The notes below the pieces were generated by a model, which made no database searches, was not told the origin of the DNA, and was given only the letters and a program-made list of their open reading frames with translations. A DNA stretch of 64,000 nucleotides from a bacterium (lineage in GTDB: Bacteria > Patescibacteriota > Minisyncoccia > Moranbacterales > UBA2206), in the NCBI GenBank assembly GCA_021788105.1, contig JAJYKZ010000002.1, positions 3,320 through 67,319 of the forward strand, written 5' to 3'. Below are positions 18,815-28,679 of this stretch, in pieces (position 1 is the stretch's first letter; every line of letters starts with the position of its first letter). The translations under genes were made by a program, and so were the position numbers.

Positions 18815-20794
18815 ATGAAAAATTCACTTATATATGAACTTCCTAAAATTGTCGATGAAGGCAAGAGGGAAGTTGAAAAAATATTGGAACGACTTTCAAG
18901 TCAGAATAAATTGGGATTGCAGACCAATGAGTTGGTTTTGCCAGCAAAAGATTCAGCCGGACTTTTTTCCGGTCAAATGCCGAATGCGGATGAAAAGGAA
19001 TGGATGAATCGCTTGGTGTATGGTGACAATCTTTTGGTGATGCAGGCGCTTTTGGCTGGCGACCCGGAGAGTGGACTGCCTTCAATGCGCGGGAAAATTG
19101 ATTTGATCTACATTGATCCGCCGTTTGATTCCAAAGCGGACTATCGCACGAAAGTTACATTGCCCGGCGTTAATTTGGAACAAAAGCCGACCGTCATTGA
19201 ACAATTTGCCTATGCGGACACTTGGAAAGACGGGACGGTTTCATATCTCAAAATGCTTTATCCGCGTTTGGCTTTGATGAAGGAACTTTTATCGGACAAG
19301 GGGTCAATTTATGTTCATATTGATTGGCATGTCGGACATTATGTGAAAATTTTGTTGGATGAAATATTCGGAAAGAATAATTTTAGGAACGAAATAACTT
19401 GGAAAAGTGGCGTTGTTAAAGGGGCTAAAACCACTTCTGATAAATATGGCAGAGTAACTGACTCAATATTTTTTTATACTAAGTCCGATGATTATTTTTT
19501 CAAAACACCATTTAAGCCAATCGACTTAAACAGTCCGAACAATAAATTTATTCATAGAGATAAGGATGGCCGTTTGTATAGCCGTGATAATCCTCTTGGT
19601 GATTATAGTCAAGAATCAATTGATAAATTTGAAAAAGAAGGAAGAATATATCATACAAAGAATGGAAAAAAGCAGCTAATTCGATATTACGACGAAGTTA
19701 AGGGTATTGCTGTTGGCAATCTATGGGATGATATTAACTTTATAAACCAAGTCGCAGATGAAAGACTTGATTATAATACACAGAAGCCCGAAAAATTATT
19801 AGAAAGAATAATAGAAGCATCTTCTCAAGAAAATTCTGTAATTGCTGATTTTTTTGCTGGCTCGGGGACGACTGGAGCGGTGGCGGAAAAATTAAATCGC
19901 AAGTGGGTCATGTCCGATTTGGGTAAGCCGGCGAGCTTGGTGATGCGGAAAAGATTAATTGATCAGAATGCCAAACCTTTTTTCTATCAATCCATCGGCG
20001 ACTATCAAAAAGAAACTTTCGCTTCGGGAAAACTTTTTCGCCGCGTCGGCGATTTGGCCAATGTGGTTTTGCAGCTTTTCGGCGCGATTCCGTTTACCGA
20101 TGACCAAAATCCCAACAGAAATATCGGCTACATAAAAGAAAGCCGGACTTTGGTGCTGGTGGATTCGCCGAGCAAGCTCACCGGCCTTTCCACGCTCAAG
20201 CGCGCGCAGGAGCTCAAAATTTCTTTCATGGGCGGCTGGAATAAGGTTGTGGTATTGGGCTGGAATTTCACTTTTGACATCACCGAAGCCATTCAGAGTT
20301 TGAGCGACAAAGATTTGGAAGTGCTGGTCATTCCGCCGGATCTTTTGGACAAACTTAAGACCAAAGCCAGCTATAAGGACTTGATTGAAAAAAGGAAAAT
20401 CCGCTTTTCGTCTTTGCAATACCTGTCGTTGAAGCCGGTCGCCAAAGAAAATATTTCTGAAAGCGAAGAGAAATTGGAGATTGAGCTGGACAACTATGTT
20501 TTGCTTTCGCCTGACAATATTCCTCTGGACGATAAAGACAAAGAAAAATTGCGCGACATCATCGCCAAAGATCCGCTCTCGCTCATTGAATATTGGAGTA
20601 TCGATCCGGATTATGATGGTGTGACTTTTCGTTCTCGCTGGCAGGATTATCGCGGTAATACCGAAAATGATAGCGATTCTTTGCATGTCATTCGCAAAGC
20701 GCAACTTACCGTTCCGAAAGTTCAAAATCGAAAAGTATGCATCAAAGCAGTGGATGTTTTTGGATTTGAAAGCATCGTTTTGGAAAATTTATAA
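18815..20794 (+). CDS. mod: Type III R-M DNA methyltransferase (beta class)
   Basis: GDNL, IYIDPPF (motif IV) before TQKPE and DFFAGSGTT (motif I). Confidence 0.93.
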   Translation: MKNSLIYELPKIVDEGKREVEKILERLSSQNKLGLQTNELVLPAKDSAGLFSGQMPNADEKEWMNRLVYGDNLLVMQALLAGDPESGLPSMRGKIDLIYIDPPFDSKADYRTKVTLPGVNLEQKPTVIEQFAYADTWKDGTVSYLKMLYPRLALMKELLSDKGSIYVHIDWHVGHYVKILLDEIFGKNNFRNEITWKSGVVKGAKTTSDKYGRVTDSIFFYTKSDDYFFKTPFKPIDLNSPNNKFIHRDKDGRLYSRDNPLGDYSQESIDKFEKEGRIYHTKNGKKQLIRYYDEVKGIAVGNLWDDINFINQVADERLDYNTQKPEKLLERIIEASSQENSVIADFFAGSGTTGAVAEKLNRKWVMSDLGKPASLVMRKRLIDQNAKPFFYQSIGDYQKETFASGKLFRRVGDLANVVLQLFGAIPFTDDQNPNRNIGYIKESRTLVLVDSPSKLTGLSTLKRAQELKISFMGGWNKVVVLGWNFTFDITEAIQSLSDKDLEVLVIPPDLLDKLKTKASYKDLIEKRKIRFSSLQYLSLKPVAKENISESEEKLEIELDNYVLLSPDNIPLDDKDKEKLRDIIAKDPLSLIEYWSIDPDYDGVTFRSRWQDYRGNTENDSDSLHVIRKAQLTVPKVQNRKVCIKAVDVFGFESIVLENL

Positions 20795-20804
20795 AAAGAT
20801 AAAA

Positions 20805-22499
20805 ATGACAAGAGAAGAGTTAGAAAAATTATTGGCAGCCGACAAGGAAACCGAACATCTTGAATTCAAAGAGATGTCCGGGCAGATTTCTATTTTGGGA
20901 AAAGATGAGAGCAAGAAGGGCAATACACAAAAGAAATCACTGTTTGGATATTGTGTTGCAATTGGAAATGAAGGTGGCGGTAAGATAATTTTTGGAGTCA
21001 AAGATAAGATAAACCAAAAAACCGGAAAGCGCGATATTGTTGGAACAGATGCTTTGCCGAATATGCAAAAAGCCAAAGAGCGAATTTATGAGGTTTTAGG
21101 CAGGAGGATAGATATTGAAAATATGCAAACAGAAGATGGATTGGTTCAGATTGTAACGGTTCCGACGCATCCTATTGGAGAACCTTTTGATTTTTATGGA
21201 TTGTATCTGATGAGAAATGGGGAGAAATTGGAAAAAATGGACACTGGAACCTTGGCAAAAATTATCAATGAAGGCAGTCCGGACTTCTCCTCTTTAGAAA
21301 ATGAGAAAGCTGCATGGGATGATTTGGACAGTAAGGCTGTCGAAATCTTGAAGCAAAAATGGATTGAAAAATCCAAAAACTCGGATTTGGTGGATTGCGA
21401 TCATAGAGAAATACTTGAAAAATTAAGACTTGTCACAGGAAAGGGAATAACTAATGCTTGTCTTTTGTTGGTTGGGAAAGAGGATTCGCTTGCGAGACTG
21501 ATTCCAAATTCAGAAATTTTTTTAGAGTGGCGATTGAATGGTAAAAAAGCAGAATATGATCTGAGAAAAATACTTAGAAAACCGTATTTAATTGCTGATG
21601 AAGAAGTTTGGAATTTTGTAGACAGCAGGAATACGCGAGTACCATTCAAGCAAGGATTTTTCGAATTGGATATTTGGTCTTATGATAAGCAAACTATACG
21701 CGAGGCTGTTTTAAATGCATTTGCTCATCGAGAATATTGCAATAGAACTGAGCCGATTTATGTGCGTGTTTCTCCTAATAAAGTTATTGTTAAAAGTGCT
21801 GGCGGATTCGTTTCCGGCGTTACCGTGGAGAATATTTTTGATGTTGAGGGGAAATGGAGGAATTATTTGCTTATGGATGTGCTTGGAAAAATTGGTTTGG
21901 TTGAGCGAGCCGGATTTGGCCTGGATAGAATATATAAAACTACAATTGCGCAGGGCAAGGGTGCGCCTAATTTTGATGGAACTACTAACGAATATGTCAT
22001 ATTGAACATACCGACTAAAGTTCGGGATATAAATTTCGTTTATTTTTTGCAAAAGATAGAAAAGGAAAAACAGTTGGGTATTGATGCTACAAAAGACTTT
22101 GTTGAATTAGAGAAAATAAGAGAAGGTGAAAAAAATTACGACAAGAAAAGACTTAAATTATTTATGGATAATGGTATTGTTGAAAAAATTGGACAAGGCA
22201 AGGGAACCAAATATGTGCTAGCAAAAAAATTCTATGATTTTATTGATAATCAAAGCGAATATACTAGAAAAAAATGGTTAAGTAAGGAACAACAAAAAGA
22301 GGTTTTGATGAATTTTTTTAGACAACATAAAAAAGGACGGATGACGGACTTTTCAAAATTATTTGAGAATAAGTTGAATAATAATCAAATTTTTACTTTA
22401 CTGAGCGAGCTTAGAAGTGATGATTTTGTATATTTTGATGGCAAACAAAGATCTAGTAAGGGCTTTTGGAGACAGAAAAGAGAAGCTGTTAATAAGTAG
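20805..22499 (+). CDS. Schlafen/AlbA_2 domain + HATPase_c_4-like domain + C-terminal HTH protein
   Basis: ETEHLEFKE, AIGNEGGGKIIFGV, REAVLNAFAHREY, RN..L, VERAGFG. Confidence 0.85.
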   Translation: MTREELEKLLAADKETEHLEFKEMSGQISILGKDESKKGNTQKKSLFGYCVAIGNEGGGKIIFGVKDKINQKTGKRDIVGTDALPNMQKAKERIYEVLGRRIDIENMQTEDGLVQIVTVPTHPIGEPFDFYGLYLMRNGEKLEKMDTGTLAKIINEGSPDFSSLENEKAAWDDLDSKAVEILKQKWIEKSKNSDLVDCDHREILEKLRLVTGKGITNACLLLVGKEDSLARLIPNSEIFLEWRLNGKKAEYDLRKILRKPYLIADEEVWNFVDSRNTRVPFKQGFFELDIWSYDKQTIREAVLNAFAHREYCNRTEPIYVRVSPNKVIVKSAGGFVSGVTVENIFDVEGKWRNYLLMDVLGKIGLVERAGFGLDRIYKTTIAQGKGAPNFDGTTNEYVILNIPTKVRDINFVYFLQKIEKEKQLGIDATKDFVELEKIREGEKNYDKKRLKLFMDNGIVEKIGQGKGTKYVLAKKFYDFIDNQSEYTRKKWLSKEQQKEVLMNFFRQHKKGRMTDFSKLFENKLNNNQIFTLLSELRSDDFVYFDGKQRSSKGFWRQKREAVNK

Positions 22500-22600
22500 A
22501 TAGGGAGTAGTTTTGGGTAGTTTTATTATATATTTTGGCTTATTAGCACAATTTTAAGGTATTTTATATAAGTAGACAATAAGTAGAACAAGAGTAGATA
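22492..22600 (+). repeat. Two triplets of GTAG-core repeats at 10-11 bp spacing
   Basis: GTAG at 22496, 22507, 22517 and 22572, 22583, 22594; ATAAGTAGA three times. Confidence 0.7.
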
Positions 22601-22618
22601 ATTCATTATTCTAAAAAT

Positions 22619-25537
22619 ATGCCGTCACCGATTAGCATTGGAACGAGATCAGTTCCGCTTAAATTAGCAAATAGCATTACGCAAAAAGTGAATGATTCTT
22701 GGGCGAGCGGAGAAATGCTGTCCAAGGTGTCTTTGGTGACGCAAGACTTGCTCAAATTTTGGTTTCGCGAGCCGCATACGGAAACGAGATATGTCAATTT
22801 CCATGAAGGGCAAAGGCAGGCGATTTCGAACGCGATTTATTTGCATGAAATTGTCGGAGTGAAAAACGTCAAAGAAATTTATGACAACATTGAGTTTGAG
22901 CTTTTGGCGGATATTGATTCGGCGGAACTGCGCAAGGCAAAATATGAAATTCCCAAATATGCCATTAAGATGGCCACCGGAACCGGCAAGACTTGGGTGA
23001 TGCACGCGCTTTTAATCTGGCAATATCTTAACGCTAAATTTGAAACGGAAAAATCCGGCCGGTTCACTAAAAATTTTTTACTGGTCGCGCCGGGCATTAT
23101 TGTGTATGAACGGCTTTTAGATGCGTATCTCGGCAAGGAAAATGAAAATCAAGAGAGACAATTTGAGCAATCTGATTTTTTCAAATTCAAGGATCTTTTT
23201 ATTCCTCAGCAATATCGCGAGGATGTTTTTGGTTTTATTCAAAATAGTGTAGCAAGAAAACAAGAAATTGGGACCAAAACGACTGGCGATGGTCTGATTG
23301 CGATTGCTAATTGGCACTTGTTTATAGACAAAGAAGATCAGGAAGAAAGCCTTGATTCACCAATGGATGACATAAGTTCGATTGTAAGAGATATCCTTCC
23401 AATTCGTCCGGGAATTTCCGGTGGCAACGCACTAGACTCGCTGGACGCCAATTATTTGAGCGGTCGGGAAGTTAGTTTTTTGGCAGAGCTGTCGGATTTG
23501 ATGGTGATTAATGATGAAGCGCACCACATCCATGAGAACAAAATTTACGGTGAAATTAAGGAGGTTGAATGGCAAAGAAGTCTGAACAGAATTGCCAAAG
23601 GGAAGAATGAAAAATTTATCCAGATAGACTTTTCTGCGACTCCATACGATGTTACCGGCAGCGGACAAAAAAGAGTAAAACATTATTTCCCGCATGTAAT
23701 TGTTGATTTTGATTTAAAGAATGCGATCAGAAAAGGGCTGGTCAAAACGATTGCAATAGACAAGAGAAAGGAATTGACTGACATGGCTTTGGACTATAAC
23801 GCAATTCGCGAAGGTAATAAGGTTGTTGGTTTGTCTGACGGCCAAAAGTTAATGATTCGCGCCGGTTTGAACAAATTGAAAATATTGGAAAACAATTTCG
23901 TTGATTTTGCGAAAGACAAAAACGGAATTTCGGACAAATATCCAAAAATGCTTATCATGTGTGAGGACAAAAGTGTCTCGCCTTTGGTTGAAACTTTTGT
24001 GCGGGAGGAAGGTTTTTCTGAAGGAGATGTGCTGAGAGTCGATACTGGCAAGAAAGGCGAGATTCCTGAAAGTGAGTGGCTGACATTGAAACAAAAACTT
24101 TTTAATATAGACAAACACCAGAGTCCGAGAGTGATAGTTTCAGTTCTTATGCTTCGGGAAGGTTTTGATGTGAGCAATATTTGCGTTATTGTGCCATTGC
24201 GTTCTACGCAAGCGCCTATCCTACTTGAACAGACAATCGGTCGCGGATTACGTTTGATGTGGCGCGAGCCGGAATTTTTAGACATAAAGCAGGACAATAT
24301 AAAAAGGCTCTTGGTTGAGAAAAAGGAGCCAAACAATTACCTTGATTTGCTGACGATTATTGAACATCCTTCGTTTGTTCAGTTTTATGATGATTTATTG
24401 GCGGAGGGATTATTGGGAGAGCTAGAGCATGATCCAGCTGACAAAGAAGGCGTGCTGGGCGATATCATAAAAGTGGGGTTGAAAAGCAATTACAAAGAAT
24501 ATGATTTGTATTGGCCTATAATCATTAGGGAGTCAGAAGAAGAATTAGCAGTCAGCGAAGTTGGGGTTGAAAAATTGGAACCATTTGTCCATTTTCCCTT
24601 GGAAGATCTGCAGAAATTTTTTCAAAAAGAAGGGGAAAGCTTTGTTTCTGAAGAGATGACCGTTAAGACCAGATTTGGAGAATATTCAGTTGATGCTAAT
24701 TTGTTTAAGTCGCAGAGCTATAATGAATATTTAGAAAAAATTCTCAATGTGGTTGTGAATCGCATGGCTCGCGTGAGCGCTCGAAAAACAAAAACTTTCC
24801 CAGTTATGCAGATCAATAATCTCGAGGTGGCCAAGGTTATTGATAAATACATCAAAACAAAATTATTTGGAAAACCATTCGATCCATTTTTTGAAAATAA
24901 CTGGAAAGTTTTGCTAATGAAAAATGGAATTGTGACAGAGCATATCGTGAAAGAAATCAGTAAGATAATCATTGAGATGCAAAATTCTGTCGAAGTGAGT
25001 GAGGCGAAAATCGAGAAGCGATATTTTTCAGAAGTGCCGGAGTTGCGAATGCGCGAAAATTATTCTTTGGAAATCGCCAAAACAATTTACGAAAGGTTAC
25101 CATATCCTTCAAACAAGGGCGGATTCGAGAAGGCTTTTTTGGAATATGCAGATGCGGATTCCGGAGTGGAGTCAATTATGAAAGTCAACGAATATTTCCA
25201 TAATTTTGCTAACGTGACGTATATCAGGACTGACGGATTTTTATCGTTGTACTATCCGGACTTCATCGTGAAAACAGCAGATAAAGTTTATTTTATAGAA
25301 ACAAAATCAGAAAAAGATTTAAATGATCCGAATGTAAAGCAGAAACAATTAGCAACTTTGGATTTTCTTAGTCGTATAAACAAATTAGGAACAGAAGATA
25401 GGATGGACAGGACTTGGGAATATATTTTGATGGGCGAAAATAATTTCTATAGCTTACAAGGCAATAATGCCTCAATTGATGAAATTTGTCAGTTGACAAA
25501 AATGACGCAAGCTAAGGCAGAAGGAAAATTGTTGTAA
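22619..25537 (+). CDS. res: Type III restriction endonuclease subunit (SF2 helicase + PD-(D/E)xK nuclease)
   Basis: MATGTGKT, DEAHH, SATP, LREGFD, QTIGRGLR, YPDF...IETK. Confidence 0.93.
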   Translation: MPSPISIGTRSVPLKLANSITQKVNDSWASGEMLSKVSLVTQDLLKFWFREPHTETRYVNFHEGQRQAISNAIYLHEIVGVKNVKEIYDNIEFELLADIDSAELRKAKYEIPKYAIKMATGTGKTWVMHALLIWQYLNAKFETEKSGRFTKNFLLVAPGIIVYERLLDAYLGKENENQERQFEQSDFFKFKDLFIPQQYREDVFGFIQNSVARKQEIGTKTTGDGLIAIANWHLFIDKEDQEESLDSPMDDISSIVRDILPIRPGISGGNALDSLDANYLSGREVSFLAELSDLMVINDEAHHIHENKIYGEIKEVEWQRSLNRIAKGKNEKFIQIDFSATPYDVTGSGQKRVKHYFPHVIVDFDLKNAIRKGLVKTIAIDKRKELTDMALDYNAIREGNKVVGLSDGQKLMIRAGLNKLKILENNFVDFAKDKNGISDKYPKMLIMCEDKSVSPLVETFVREEGFSEGDVLRVDTGKKGEIPESEWLTLKQKLFNIDKHQSPRVIVSVLMLREGFDVSNICVIVPLRSTQAPILLEQTIGRGLRLMWREPEFLDIKQDNIKRLLVEKKEPNNYLDLLTIIEHPSFVQFYDDLLAEGLLGELEHDPADKEGVLGDIIKVGLKSNYKEYDLYWPIIIRESEEELAVSEVGVEKLEPFVHFPLEDLQKFFQKEGESFVSEEMTVKTRFGEYSVDANLFKSQSYNEYLEKILNVVVNRMARVSARKTKTFPVMQINNLEVAKVIDKYIKTKLFGKPFDPFFENNWKVLLMKNGIVTEHIVKEISKIIIEMQNSVEVSEAKIEKRYFSEVPELRMRENYSLEIAKTIYERLPYPSNKGGFEKAFLEYADADSGVESIMKVNEYFHNFANVTYIRTDGFLSLYYPDFIVKTADKVYFIETKSEKDLNDPNVKQKQLATLDFLSRINKLGTEDRMDRTWEYILMGENNFYSLQGNNASIDEICQLTKMTQAKAEGKLL

Positions 25538-25651
25538 AAAGGAAAAATGGATATAATTGAATAATTGAATTTGTTTGCTACGGGGATAGTTGCGATTGCG
25601 GTGAAGAATGTCGCGAAGATGATTTGTAAATAAACTGTTGTAATATTTTTT

Positions 25652-26749
25652 ATGAAAATCGCGCTGGTACACGACTATTTGGTCCAATACGGGGGAGCGG
25701 AAAGAGTTCTGGAGTGTTTTACGGAGCTTTTTCCTGGCGCGCCGATTTACACTCTGGTTTACAATAAAAAATTGATGCACGGAGTTTTTGAAAATAAAAA
25801 TATCAAAACCTCTTTCATTCAGAAAATTCCGTTCGCCAAAAATTATCATCGTATCTTCCCTCAATTGATGCCGATGGGCATCGAACAGTTTGATTTTTCC
25901 GGCTACGACATCGTTCTTTCCGATTCTTCGAGTTATGCCAAGGGAATAATTACCGGACCGGAAACGCTGCATATCTGCTATATGCATACGCCGATGCGTT
26001 ACGCCTGGGACGATTGTCAGAAATACACCCATGATTTCAGCTTTCCCGGATTTATCAAAAAAACTATTCCGCTGGCGATGAACTACATCCGCATTTGGGA
26101 CCGGGTGAGCGCAGAAAGGCCCGATCGCCTGATTGCCAATTCCAATTTCGTGTCTAAAAGAATCAAAAAATATTATAAAAAAGACAGCGTTGTCATTCAT
26201 CCGCCGGTGAACATAAATAATTTTTATATCGACGAAAGTGAGGAGGATTATTTTTTGATCGTCGCGCGTCTTCTGGCGTACAAGCGCGTGGACATTGCAA
26301 TCGAGGCTTTTAACAAATTAGGATTGAAATTGAAAATTATCGGACGCGGTCCGGAAATGAAGCGGCTCAAAAAAATGGCCGGACAAAATATTGAATTTCT
26401 GGGAAGAGTTCCGGATCATGAATTGGCGCAATATTATGCCAAATGCCGGGCCTTTGTTTTTCCGCAAGAAGAAGATTTCGGGATAGTGGCGATCGAGGCT
26501 ATGGCTTCCGGAAAACCGCTTATCGCTTTCCGGGGCGGAGACATTCCGGAGCATGTGGAAAACGGCAAGACGGGAATATTTTTCGATAAGCAAAATCCGG
26601 AGAATATCATTGAAGCGGTTGAAAAATTCGGCAGTTTTGATTTCGATCCCAAATACATACGGGAACAGACAAGGAAATTTGACAGAGAGATTTTTAAGGA
26701 TAAAATAAAGGAATATATCGAAAATTCCTTTCGGGAATTTAAAATGTAG
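25652..26749 (+). CDS. GT4 glycosyltransferase
   Basis: HDYL...GGAERV, HTPMRYAWD, EDFGIVAIEAMASG. Confidence 0.94.
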   Translation: MKIALVHDYLVQYGGAERVLECFTELFPGAPIYTLVYNKKLMHGVFENKNIKTSFIQKIPFAKNYHRIFPQLMPMGIEQFDFSGYDIVLSDSSSYAKGIITGPETLHICYMHTPMRYAWDDCQKYTHDFSFPGFIKKTIPLAMNYIRIWDRVSAERPDRLIANSNFVSKRIKKYYKKDSVVIHPPVNINNFYIDESEEDYFLIVARLLAYKRVDIAIEAFNKLGLKLKIIGRGPEMKRLKKMAGQNIEFLGRVPDHELAQYYAKCRAFVFPQEEDFGIVAIEAMASGKPLIAFRGGDIPEHVENGKTGIFFDKQNPENIIEAVEKFGSFDFDPKYIREQTRKFDREIFKDKIKEYIENSFREFKM

Positions 26750-26752
26750 AAT

Positions 26753-27358
26753 ATGGAACTTAAAGAATATTTGAAAATTTTCAAAGCTAATATTAAAATT
26801 TTTCTTATTGCGGTTATTTTGATTGTGGTTGGAAGCTTTGTTTATTTTGGGACCAAACCAGTTTCTTACAACAATTCGCTCACCTTGAACATTACCCGGA
26901 TGGGCGAGCAAAAAACCAATGCCTATCAGTACGATGATTATTATCGGCTGCAGGCTGATGACCAATTTTCCGATACGATAGTGGAATGGCTGAAAGATCC
27001 GCGAACAGTTGCCAATATTTATGCCGATGCCAAAGTCGATGCGGGCAAATTTTCCATGAAACAACTTTCCGGAAGTTTTGGCGTCGAAAAACTTTCTTCT
27101 CAAATAGTTTCCGTTTCTTTTTCTGCTCCGACTGTCGAGCAGGGGGAAAAAATTTCCGGCGCGATCGTAAGAGAAATTTCAAAAAATACCGATATGCTGA
27201 ATCAGAGCCAAAATGAGGAAAATTGGTTCAAGATAGTCGCTCAAGATCCGGTAATTATCCGGTGGCACATCAGCCCGTTCCTGATTTTTTTGGCCTCGCT
27301 TTTGGCAGGAATTTTTGTGGCATTCTGGCTGGTGCTGGTTGTCCATTATTTGAAATAA
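26753..27358 (+). CDS. Wzz/CapA-like polysaccharide chain-length protein
   Basis: MELKEYLKIF start, two terminal TMs. Confidence 0.75.
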   Translation: MELKEYLKIFKANIKIFLIAVILIVVGSFVYFGTKPVSYNNSLTLNITRMGEQKTNAYQYDDYYRLQADDQFSDTIVEWLKDPRTVANIYADAKVDAGKFSMKQLSGSFGVEKLSSQIVSVSFSAPTVEQGEKISGAIVREISKNTDMLNQSQNEENWFKIVAQDPVIIRWHISPFLIFLASLLAGIFVAFWLVLVVHYLK

Positions 27359-27376
27359 GCAACTGAAATAAAAGTT

Positions 27377-28537
27377 ATGGCAAGGATCGGAATTGATATC
27401 AGGTGTCTGGCGGAAGGCCGAAGGACGGGAGTGGAGGAATATACGCTTAATCTTTTGGCCCATCTTTTTGAAATCGACAAGGAGAACGAATATGTTCTTT
27501 TTTTTAATTCGTTTCGCTCTTCCAAAACGGATTTTTCTTGGTTGAAAAAATATTCCAATGCGTCCTTGAAGAAATTCAGTTTTCCCAACAAACTTTTAAA
27601 TTTCTTGTTTTGGTATCTGGATTGGCCGAAAATCGACAGGATGATCGGCGGCGCCGACATAATTTTTATGCCTAACATCATTTTTGGAAGCGTCAGCCGG
27701 AAAACAAAATTAATTTTGACAATTCACGATCTTTCATTCGAACGTTATCCGGAAACTTTTTCCCGAAAAAGAAGGCTTTGGCACATATTTATCAACACCA
27801 GAAAAATTTGCCGGCGGGCCGACCGGATTATTGCCGTTTCAGATTCGACTAAAAACGACCTGGAATCGCTTTATAAGATTCCATCCGAAAAAATCCAAAC
27901 GATCCATAGCGGGATATCGGATAAATTTAGAATCATCGACCGGAATGACGAAAAGCTCATTAAAGTTAAGGAAAAATACAATCTGCCGTACAAATTTATT
28001 TTATATTTGGGCACGATTGAACCGCGAAAGAATATTGTCGGAATAATCAAAGCTTTCGACCAGCTTCAAAAATTTGCCGAAAAGAATAATTTGGAGGAAA
28101 TTTCCAAATATAAATTGGTGATTGCCGGATCGAAAGGTTGGATGCCGAAAAAAATATTTTCTGAAATTGAAAAAAGCGCCTGCCGGGATAAAATAATCAG
28201 AGCCAGTTTTATTGCAGACGAAGACAAGGAATATGTTTTTAATCTTGCCTCGCTTTTCGTCTATCCGTCTTTTTTTGAAGGCTTCGGTTTTCCGTCTCTG
28301 GAAGCGATGCGCTGCGGCGTGCCAGTCATCGTTTCCAATAATTCTTCTCTTCCGGAAGTGGTTGGAAGAGCGGGAATCCTGATTGATCCGGACAAGCCCG
28401 GTGAAATTTATGCGGCGATGAAAGAAATTATTTCAAACAGGGAACTGAAAGAAAAGTTAGTTGCCGAAGGCTTGAAACAGGCTGAAAAATTCAATTGGAA
28501 AAAAACGGCGGAAGAGTTTCTCGAGGTTTTAAAATAA
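27377..28537 (+). CDS. GT4 glycosyltransferase
   Basis: TIHDL, EPRKN, EGFGFPSLEAM. Confidence 0.94.
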   Translation: MARIGIDIRCLAEGRRTGVEEYTLNLLAHLFEIDKENEYVLFFNSFRSSKTDFSWLKKYSNASLKKFSFPNKLLNFLFWYLDWPKIDRMIGGADIIFMPNIIFGSVSRKTKLILTIHDLSFERYPETFSRKRRLWHIFINTRKICRRADRIIAVSDSTKNDLESLYKIPSEKIQTIHSGISDKFRIIDRNDEKLIKVKEKYNLPYKFILYLGTIEPRKNIVGIIKAFDQLQKFAEKNNLEEISKYKLVIAGSKGWMPKKIFSEIEKSACRDKIIRASFIADEDKEYVFNLASLFVYPSFFEGFGFPSLEAMRCGVPVIVSNNSSLPEVVGRAGILIDPDKPGEIYAAMKEIISNRELKEKLVAEGLKQAEKFNWKKTAEEFLEVLK

Positions 28538-28543
28538 AAAACG

Positions 28544-28581
28544 ATATTCCGGCACACTTCATAAAGCCGGAATATATTTTT
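28544..28581 (+). terminator. Possible intrinsic terminator
   Basis: ATATTCCGGC/GCCGGAATAT stem then T-run. Confidence 0.55.
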
Positions 28582-28679
28582 AATGCGGGGTTCTGCATTT
28601 TTTATTTTTTTTTAAGGCTTTTTTTGTTTGTCGATTTCAGATATAATTAAACCAAGGTTGTATTATATTTAAGTTTAAT

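Noticed and set aside
18815..20794. Phase-variable simple repeat in mod
   Set aside because: No tandem tract seen in the gene or its leader
15913..25651. att sites or terminal repeats bounding the defence island
   Set aside because: No convincing direct or inverted repeat found by eye at either edge; no tRNA or integrase nearby
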